Program-made: the position numbers and the translations under genes
IMG/VR virus record: IMGVR_UViG_3300027740_000046
Coordinates: 1-43,258 of that record
Length of the DNA: 43,258 nt
Origin: a virus
Taxonomy: Duplodnaviria > Caudoviricetes
Direction: 5' to 3' (one strand)
Shown: positions 7,501 to 13,896 of the stretch, piece after piece
Position numbering within the stretch: the stretch's first letter is position 1
Layout of the letters: the number at the start of each line of letters is the position of its first letter
Notes under the pieces: generated by a model
The model's database searches: none
Seen by the model: only the letters and a program-made list of their open reading frames with translations
What the model was told of the DNA's origin: nothing

Positions 7501-10022
7501 AACAAACCACGCTCGATTTCGGAGTGAAGCCCGAACGTCGCAACAAGCGCATCTTGCGAGCCTACCAAACCGCAGCGGTCGAGGCTATCGAGCGCGAGCT
7601 TACCACGAGTAAATCAACGCTAGTAGTCATGGCTACTGGGTTAGGTAAATCGGTAGTGCTCGGCGAGCTTGCCGCGAGGACCGCCGGAAACGTGCTCGTC
7701 CTGTCCCATCGAAACGAACTCGTGCGGCAGGTACGAGAACATCTGTGGGATGCATCTGGCGAGTGGACGGCTATCGAGCAGGGGCTACTACAGGCCGGAG
7801 AAGCTCGCTTAGTATCTGCCAGCGTGCAAACCATGGTACGGCGTTTAAAGAATTTTGACCAAGACTGGTTTGAGTTGATTGTGATTGACGAGTGTTTCCC
7901 GGCATGGACGATGATTGGCGATAAAAAGATCGAGGAGATTCGTGTTGGTGATTTGGTAGAAAGTTTTAATCACGCAACGGGGGAAGTAGAAAAAAAGAAG
8001 GTTGTTCGCCTATTCACGAAAAAAGCCACGGCTTTCGTCGGAATAAATTTCGGGGACGGTAACGATTTGGTATGCACTGTAAATCATCCGGTTTATATGA
8101 GAAGAGACGGAAAGGATAAATATGTCAAGGCGGAAAATATTGCAGCGGGCGACCTGTGTTGTATGCGGACTAGCGTTCGAGCGCGAGACGGACACGTCTC
8201 AGAGACCGCCGAGGGTATGCTCTCGGGAATGCCAGCGAAAGTTATCATCGACGACCATGGCGCGCACAAATCGAGCGTATGCATCGGAACGAATGCGGTT
8301 AAGAAATCCGATGAAGATAGAAAACGTTCGCGCATCTGTGAGCAAAACACTGAAACGAATCGGGCATCGTCCGCCGTGGCGGGGAGGGAATGGAACTGGT
8401 CCGACAATTCCGGAAGCGATGCTACTGGAAGAACTGGGAAACGGTTGGATTTGGAATCATTCGGTTGCGACGAAGATACCAAAAGGAAACGGATATCCGC
8501 GTTGTTACAAGATCGATGTGGCAAATCCGAAAAATCAAATAGCCGTAGAGGTAGACGGATCGAGCCATGCGGCACTAATCAGACGGGAGCAGGACAGGAA
8601 GAAAGACGGCTTTTTACGTGGTGCAGGGTGGAGAGTGTTGAGAGTATCGAATATCTGTGTGACGGGGGACTTGCCGTCTATAATCTCGAAGTTGAAGAAA
8701 ATAGCAACTACTTCGCCAACGGCTACTTAGTTCATAATTGTCATCATGCCGTAGCCAGTACCTACCGAAAAATCATAGAGCATTTCGGTGCGAGAATAGT
8801 GGGAGTAACCGCGACTCCGGATCGTGGCGACGGCACGGGACTACGCGGTATTTTTCAGACCGTAGCCTACGAAATGGGAATTGTACAAGGTGTCGAGGAC
8901 GGGTGGCTGGTGCCGCTCAAGGGTCAGCGTCGATTTATCGAGGGTATCCACCTAGAGAAGATAAAGAAAGTGGCCGGCGACCTCGCCCTCGGTGCGCTTG
9001 ACAACGAAATCGTGAACTCGAAAGTGGCGATAGCTCGCGATCTGGTAGCGCGACTGCAGGACAAGCACGCAATAGTTTTTACCCCTGGCGTTGAATCAGC
9101 GAAGTTGGTGTCCGCCGCGTTGAATGAGATTATACCGGGTTGCTCGCGTGAGGTAGACGGAAACACGAACGAAGACGAGCGGCGCGAATCGTTCGATCTA
9201 TTCAAATCGGGGCGTATAGGCTACCTAGTGAACTGCGCGATAGCCACGGAAGGAGTCGACCTTCCTGTCGCCGATGTGATCGCAATGTGCCGTCCGACGC
9301 TGTCACGCGCGTGTTATACGCAAATGGTCGGACGAGGTCTTCGATCACGATCCGCGGAGCTGGAAACGCTGAGCTTGCCCGAAGAGAGGAGGCTTGCGAT
9401 AGCTAGGAGCTGTAAACCGGACTGCCTGATTTTGGATTATGTCGGGAACTCGGGTAAGCACGACCTGATAGGTCCGGAGGATATTCTAGGCGCTGACGAA
9501 TCGGACGCGGTACGTAAGACCGCAAAGAAAATTATAAAAGAAAAATCGAATGCTGGCGAACAAATCGATATTCAAGAAGCTATTCGACTGGCCAAAAAAG
9601 CGCTGGCCGAGCTTGCCGATCGGCGCGTTGAAGCGAGGGTGCGCTCGCACGGGTTCGACCCGCTCGCGGCGTTTCTCCTAAAGGGGCGCCTACGGCCGGA
9701 CATGGATCAACGGATCGAGCCTCCCACGGCCGCGCAACTAGGAGCGCTGCTGAGATTCAAGTTGAAAGAGAGCGAACTGAAAGGGCTAACCAAGCGATCG
9801 GCCGGCGCGCTAATGGATAAACTAATCGAACGGAGTCGCCTTGGGCTGTGTTCTGCGGGACAGATGAGAGTGTTGATAAAATTCACGGACATATCACAAT
9901 CCGATCTCGCTAACGTTAGCTTCCCGCTAGCCAGCGCGATGATAGACAGGATAGCGAAATCAAACTGGAAACGCGGTTGGACGAGAGATGAATTATACCC
10001 GAAAGATAATTTTATTTATTAG
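7488..10022 (+). CDS. Superfamily 2 DExH helicase containing an intein
   Basis: LRAYQ, ATGLGKS, DE|CH (split), TATP, EGVD, QMVGRGLR. Confidence 0.93.
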   Translation: MGSVEQTTLDFGVKPERRNKRILRAYQTAAVEAIERELTTSKSTLVVMATGLGKSVVLGELAARTAGNVLVLSHRNELVRQVREHLWDASGEWTAIEQGLLQAGEARLVSASVQTMVRRLKNFDQDWFELIVIDECFPAWTMIGDKKIEEIRVGDLVESFNHATGEVEKKKVVRLFTKKATAFVGINFGDGNDLVCTVNHPVYMRRDGKDKYVKAENIAAGDLCCMRTSVRARDGHVSETAEGMLSGMPAKVIIDDHGAHKSSVCIGTNAVKKSDEDRKRSRICEQNTETNRASSAVAGREWNWSDNSGSDATGRTGKRLDLESFGCDEDTKRKRISALLQDRCGKSEKSNSRRGRRIEPCGTNQTGAGQEERRLFTWCRVESVESIEYLCDGGLAVYNLEVEENSNYFANGYLVHNCHHAVASTYRKIIEHFGARIVGVTATPDRGDGTGLRGIFQTVAYEMGIVQGVEDGWLVPLKGQRRFIEGIHLEKIKKVAGDLALGALDNEIVNSKVAIARDLVARLQDKHAIVFTPGVESAKLVSAALNEIIPGCSREVDGNTNEDERRESFDLFKSGRIGYLVNCAIATEGVDLPVADVIAMCRPTLSRACYTQMVGRGLRSRSAELETLSLPEERRLAIARSCKPDCLILDYVGNSGKHDLIGPEDILGADESDAVRKTAKKIIKEKSNAGEQIDIQEAIRLAKKALAELADRRVEARVRSHGFDPLAAFLLKGRLRPDMDQRIEPPTAAQLGALLRFKLKESELKGLTKRSAGALMDKLIERSRLGLCSAGQMRVLIKFTDISQSDLANVSFPLASAMIDRIAKSNWKRGWTRDELYPKDNFIY
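7893..8738 (+). mobile_element. Intein (282 aa) inserted in the helicase DECH motif
   Basis: Starts CFPAWT; block B CTVNHP; ends VYNLEVEENSNYFANGYLVHN followed by Cys. Confidence 0.93.
8122..8730 (+). CDS. Vsr/DUF559-like endonuclease nested in the +1 frame of the intein
   Basis: GGAAAGGA SD; CxxC...CSREC zinc motif; YKIDVA, IAVEVDGSSH, QDRKKDGFLRGAGWRVLRV. Confidence 0.85.
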   Translation: MSRRKILQRATCVVCGLAFERETDTSQRPPRVCSRECQRKLSSTTMARTNRAYASERMRLRNPMKIENVRASVSKTLKRIGHRPPWRGGNGTGPTIPEAMLLEELGNGWIWNHSVATKIPKGNGYPRCYKIDVANPKNQIAVEVDGSSHAALIRREQDRKKDGFLRGAGWRVLRVSNICVTGDLPSIISKLKKIATTSPTAT

Positions 10023-10236
10023 GAAATTGCGTAATGAACACCGATGGTAAAACCCACAAAGCCATACGTGAGCTAATCCTTGCCGGCCATCAGATCAACG
10101 CCGACGAGGTAACGATTAAACGCGCATGGCTACCCGATATAATCTCAATACTCAAAAAGTTCGGCGATGAAAAAGATAGCGAGCTAGTGGAAAAATTGGA
10201 GGCGCTAATAGGAAATTGCGTAATGAACACCGATGG
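10020..10236. repeat. 28-bp direct repeat pair (10020-10047 and 10209-10236)
   Basis: TAGGAAATTGCGTAATGAACACCGATGG occurs twice. Confidence 0.9.
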
Positions 10237-10285
10237 CAAATACCAACCAATGCCAGCGCGACGGCTTACGAATCGCGACAAATGA
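10034..10285 (+). CDS. Hypothetical protein; C-terminus reads through repeat C
   Basis: AGGA SD; ATGA overlap with the next gene. Confidence 0.55.
   Translation: MNTDGKTHKAIRELILAGHQINADEVTIKRAWLPDIISILKKFGDEKDSELVEKLEALIGNCVMNTDGKYQPMPARRLTNRDK
10244..10279 (+). repeat. Solo CRISPR repeat copy C
   Basis: CAACCAATGCCAGCGCGACGGCTTACGAATCGCGAC, 34/36. Confidence 0.95.
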
Positions 10286-10764
10286 GTATTTTATCTAAAA
10301 AAGTCCCGCTAGATTATCGGTATCCAGTCGATCCGCCATCGGCGCGCAAACGCCGTATGAAAAAAATAGACCTTACAAACCCGCCCGAATCGCACGAAAT
10401 GAAATGCCTGGCTCTGTATCTCAACGCGAGGTTCGGCGTGTACGGCTGGGCGAAGTACGTGGCCGAGCGCGTGCTGCGTAAGAGTGATTATGCATACTAC
10501 GACTCGCTGTTGGCGCAAGGTTTGAAGGTTGGTCATCCAGATGTAGTTATCTACATTAGCCCAACTACAAAAGTCTGCCGTGCTCCGATAGAGGTGATAT
10601 TTAAAGGCGCCGCGATAGAGGTCAAACGCCGGCGTGATTCCGAGGCGACCGAAGGACAACTCGCATGGGGCAAGGCTTTTGAGGACATGGACTACCTATT
10701 TTACGTGGCACATGGATATGACGACGCCAGGAGGTGGATAGAGAAATATTATGGCAAACCATAA
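10282..10764 (+). CDS. VRR-NUC domain nuclease
   Basis: GLKVGHPDVVI, IEVK, TEGQLAW motifs; start uncertain. Confidence 0.8.
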   Translation: MSILSKKVPLDYRYPVDPPSARKRRMKKIDLTNPPESHEMKCLALYLNARFGVYGWAKYVAERVLRKSDYAYYDSLLAQGLKVGHPDVVIYISPTTKVCRAPIEVIFKGAAIEVKRRRDSEATEGQLAWGKAFEDMDYLFYVAHGYDDARRWIEKYYGKP

Positions 10765-10777
10765 ACCGATTGAAGCC

Positions 10778-11172
10778 CCATCAATGCCAGCGCGATGGCT
10801 TACGAATCGCGACGGTACCGCTCCGAAAGACGGTAGAATAAAACAAGGAAAGGATAGATAAATGAAACATACAGCAATCCTATGGATGCGGTTGTTTGTT
10901 TCTAATGCCAGCGCGATGGCTTATGAATCGCGACGATATTTCTCAAAACGTCAAGCATTAAGACGTCATGCCGCGGAATGGGGCGTGCGGCCGCGATGGT
11001 ACGAGACAAACGCGAGGCTGAGAAAACGCATCCAGGCGGTTTTACGCAATCCGCCTGTGACTGACGATATACAGACTTTAAACCACAATGCCAGCGCGAT
11101 GGCTTATGAATCGCGACGCTCGGCCCGCGGGCGGCTCAATCAATGCCAGCGCGACGGCTTACGAATCGCGAC
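10778..11172 (+). CRISPR. Irregular cluster of four variant repeats: D 10778-10813, E 10899-10934, F 11082-11117, G 11137-11172
   Basis: All share the core AATGCCAGCGCGAYGGCTTAYGAATCGCGAC; gaps of 85, 147 and 19 nt. Confidence 0.85.
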
Positions 11173-11224
11173 CGTCGCAATTCATAAGCCGTGTAAAGGC
11201 ATAAAAAGGGAGCCCAAGAAATGA
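10862..11224 (+). CDS. Hypothetical protein reading through three CRISPR repeats
   Basis: AAGGAAAGGA SD; ATGA overlap with the next gene; NASAMAYESR occurs twice. Confidence 0.5.
   Translation: MKHTAILWMRLFVSNASAMAYESRRYFSKRQALRRHAAEWGVRPRWYETNARLRKRIQAVLRNPPVTDDIQTLNHNASAMAYESRRSARGRLNQCQRDGLRIATVAIHKPCKGIKREPKK
11174..11192 (+). other. Anti-repeat, an inverted partial copy of the CRISPR repeat
   Basis: GTCGCAATTCATAAGCCGT matches the reverse complement of the repeat 3' half at 17/19. Confidence 0.85.
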
Positions 11225-11748
11225 CCTGCCGCGATAGAGCGTGTATAATCTACGGTGTTTTTCTGATCGGCGTAGTCTGCTTTGAGCTGAGTACATGCCG
11301 TGGACCGGCGCGCGCGGACGACCGCCGATTATGGCTGGCGCGCTGCATGGTCGCCGAAGCGGGCTTTCGCGCCGGTCCGGACGATGGCGCCATAGCCGGC
11401 GTACTCATGAGCAAGGCCGCACGCTCCGGCAAGACCTTGGTCTGGATGGTCAGACACTACTGTCGCGGGCTTTACCGCGCGAATGCCTCTTGGCTGCGCT
11501 ACCTACGCGAGAGCCCGGTCCAGCCCCGCTACTGGCCCGTGCGGTGGGCTTGGTCCGAGTCGCGCGATGACTGGCTGGAAAAACTCGAACGCGCGCAGGC
11601 CGCGCTAGACGGGATACTCTACGACCCGTGTGACGGGGTCGCCTCGCATTGGCGCGGACCGCACGATAAAACCCCGGCGTGGTTCGAATCTGTCGATTGT
11701 GGGCGGACTAAAAATATATTCGGAAGAACGAAAGGAACTCGGAAATGA
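11221..11748 (+). CDS. Putative SleB/Hydrolase_2-like cell wall hydrolase
   Basis: Hydrophobic N-terminus; WLARCMVAEAG, DPCDGVASHW, P.W pattern. Confidence 0.55.
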   Translation: MTCRDRACIIYGVFLIGVVCFELSTCRGPARADDRRLWLARCMVAEAGFRAGPDDGAIAGVLMSKAARSGKTLVWMVRHYCRGLYRANASWLRYLRESPVQPRYWPVRWAWSESRDDWLEKLERAQAALDGILYDPCDGVASHWRGPHDKTPAWFESVDCGRTKNIFGRTKGTRK

Positions 11749-13241
11749 CAACGAAAGTTTTTAAATACGGAGCCTTACCAGTTACTCTCGATAGCGAGAT
11801 TCGCAAGAAAATGAAGTTAGCAAGGGAATATTACAATCAACTGGTAGAGGCAGAGAACGGTCGACGTAAAACGGTATGGGGCGGCGAGCGTCCCAAACAA
11901 CCTCCGCATGAGCACAAGGACGAGCCGGTTTGCGAAGAATGCAAAAAGCACTGGAAGGATATTAGAGACAAATATTTTGCTACACCACCCTTAGATATAA
12001 AACCATTGCGAGCGAAGGCATCGGAAGCGGGTTTGTATTGGGGGACGTATTTGATAATCGAAGAAAGTTTTTCCGCTGCTTGGAAGAAAACAGATGGGTT
12101 ATCAACCGTACGCTATAAATCCTGGCGAGATGGCGGAATAATGGGAGTACAATTACAGCAAGCGCATTCAGCAAATGGTTTCTATCGTATAGAGCAAGCG
12201 CCAGATCCGCGAAAAGGTCGTAAGGCTGGACAACGCCACGCGGTAAAGATAAGAATCGGAACCCGAGAAAACAAACCGGTATGGTCGGAACCTATCGCGT
12301 TCGAAATGCATCGTCCGTTACAAGGTCGGCCGACCTGGGTAAAGATTTGCTATTTCTATCGGGGCGAGCGTGAAATCTGGTCGGTGAATATTACCTGTAC
12401 AGACGTACCCGAACGGGCCTTGCCTGATACGGCTAAGGTTTTGGCGATCGATATCGGCTGGCGCGTTATGTCGGACGACAGCATTCGCGCGGCATATGCT
12501 AGAGACGAGAACGGTAACGAAAGCGAATTACTGTTTGATTCTCGTTGGAGGGAATGCGGAGATAGGGCGGATCGTATAAGATCGGCGCGAGACGATCGAC
12601 TAAACGAACTCAAGAAAAAAGATACTCGATTTAGTCTAATAAAAAAGCCGTCAGGCATACGTGGATATGTTGCGAAAAATTCGATAGAAGATACCGAGGT
12701 TACCGAGTGGATAAAACAGGATCGACACCTGGAACAATACGAATTAGGATGTCGCCGTCGAAGCGTAGCGGTCCGAAAAGAAAAATTACGGGTCTGGCTG
12801 TCGTCATTGAGAAAGCAATACGCTACGGCGATTATCAAGGATAGCAGTCACAAGGAAATGAAAGCCGCTAAACGGGCTAAGGCAGATGGTATGCCACCCC
12901 CGGCGCGGCGCAACGCTCACCATGGGGCGCCTGGCGAAATCGTCGAGGAAATCTGTCGTGCGTTCGGACGGCAGACGAATATTGCGATCGTTGAAGCTCC
13001 GGGGACGACTGCCACGTGCGCGAGTTGTGGCCAAGAGATGGAAATCGGCGCTGAATTGATGATTACGTGCGAGCGGTGCAATGCTCGTGAGGATAGAGAT
13101 TGCATAAGTACGCGGAATATGCTACGTTTGTACGCAAGTGGGAATTGCAAAAAACCCACCGCTCGAAAAACAATCGCAAGGTTCGCGAAAAGACACAAGA
13201 ATTATGTGGAGCCCAACCAATGCCAGCGCGACGGCTTATGA
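11745..13241 (+). CDS. cas12m: Compact type V CRISPR effector, Cas12m (V-U1)-like / TnpB superfamily; RuvC-II apparently degenerate
   Basis: N-terminal KVFKYG..YYNQLVE, GLYWGTY, MHRPL; RuvC-I LAIDIGWR; RuvC-II region AIIKD lacks the canonical E; CxxC-CxxC zinc ribbon; RuvC-III DRDCISTRNM; abuts a CRISPR array. Subtype is less certain than the type V call. Confidence 0.8.
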   Translation: MTTKVFKYGALPVTLDSEIRKKMKLAREYYNQLVEAENGRRKTVWGGERPKQPPHEHKDEPVCEECKKHWKDIRDKYFATPPLDIKPLRAKASEAGLYWGTYLIIEESFSAAWKKTDGLSTVRYKSWRDGGIMGVQLQQAHSANGFYRIEQAPDPRKGRKAGQRHAVKIRIGTRENKPVWSEPIAFEMHRPLQGRPTWVKICYFYRGEREIWSVNITCTDVPERALPDTAKVLAIDIGWRVMSDDSIRAAYARDENGNESELLFDSRWRECGDRADRIRSARDDRLNELKKKDTRFSLIKKPSGIRGYVAKNSIEDTEVTEWIKQDRHLEQYELGCRRRSVAVRKEKLRVWLSSLRKQYATAIIKDSSHKEMKAAKRAKADGMPPPARRNAHHGAPGEIVEEICRAFGRQTNIAIVEAPGTTATCASCGQEMEIGAELMITCERCNAREDRDCISTRNMLRLYASGNCKKPTARKTIARFAKRHKNYVEPNQCQRDGL

Positions 13242-13466
13242 GTCGCGACGCTCTCGGTGATACGTCGCCGGATTAAAGCGAGTACCAACCAATGCCAGCG
13301 CGACGGCTTATGAGTCGCGACGTCTGCGTGACGGCCGCCTGCGTGACGGCCGCGCGCCAACCAATGCCAGCGCGACGGCTTATGAGTCGCGACTCGTCCG
13401 CTAAAATAGCCGTTTTCTCGGCGGCGCCGACAACCAATGCCAGCGCGACGGCTTATGAGTCGCGAC
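13214..13466 (+). CRISPR. CRISPR mini-array: 4 identical 36-bp repeats, 3 spacers (36, 36, 37 bp)
   Basis: CAACCAATGCCAGCGCGACGGCTTATGAGTCGCGAC at 13214, 13286, 13358, 13431; stem CGCGAC/GTCGCG. Confidence 0.98.
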
Positions 13467-13488
13467 AATGGAATAGCCCGGACGGTAC

Positions 13489-13517
13489 TTGACACGTGTA
13501 GAAAATGCTACTATTTA
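13489..13517 (+). promoter_or_regulatory. Possible promoter for the packaging genes
   Basis: Perfect TTGACA with an AT-rich but imperfect -10 region. Confidence 0.35.
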
Positions 13518-13530
13518 TGTAGTAATCATT

Positions 13531-13896
13531 ATGCCAACCCCATTTTTCCAGCCAGGCGATCCGCGTTGCCACCGCGCCGGCAGACCCAAGGGGACAGCGC
13601 TCGAGAAAATGCGCAAGATGGCTGCCGAGGTGCTAGGCGAGGAGCTGGAAACGCCGACTGGGCGTATGACCCGCGCAAAAAAAATCTACCTAGCGGTATC
13701 GCAATTGGCCGAGGAGGGCAACGTCAAGGCCGCGACGTTTCTTTTCGTTTGGGCGTACGGTAAGCCGCCGCAGGCGATAGAAATTAAGAACAGCGAATCC
13801 GAACCGGGTAATCCTACGCGGTTCCAGCTGGTTATAAAAACACCGGAAGCACTAGATCGAGTAAACGCAGGGGGCGCGATAGAAGACGATGCCTGA
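13531..13896 (+). CDS. terS: Terminase small subunit-like (DUF5681-type)
   Basis: FQPGD...GRPKG, GNVKAA, GKPPQ; directly upstream of TerL. Confidence 0.75.
   Translation: MPTPFFQPGDPRCHRAGRPKGTALEKMRKMAAEVLGEELETPTGRMTRAKKIYLAVSQLAEEGNVKAATFLFVWAYGKPPQAIEIKNSESEPGNPTRFQLVIKTPEALDRVNAGGAIEDDA

Noticed and set aside
8228-8237. Short repeat-like fragments (AATGCCAGCG here, also near 9930 and 42364)
   Set aside because: Only 9-12 nt and without the hairpin; consistent with chance.
11745-13241. IS200/IS605 or IS607 transposon TnpB
   Set aside because: No TnpA or IS ends seen; a regular CRISPR array abuts the gene and the motifs look Cas12m-like.
13202-13495. ORFs across the main array on both strands
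   Set aside because: These are translations of repeats and spacers with no SD or domain.
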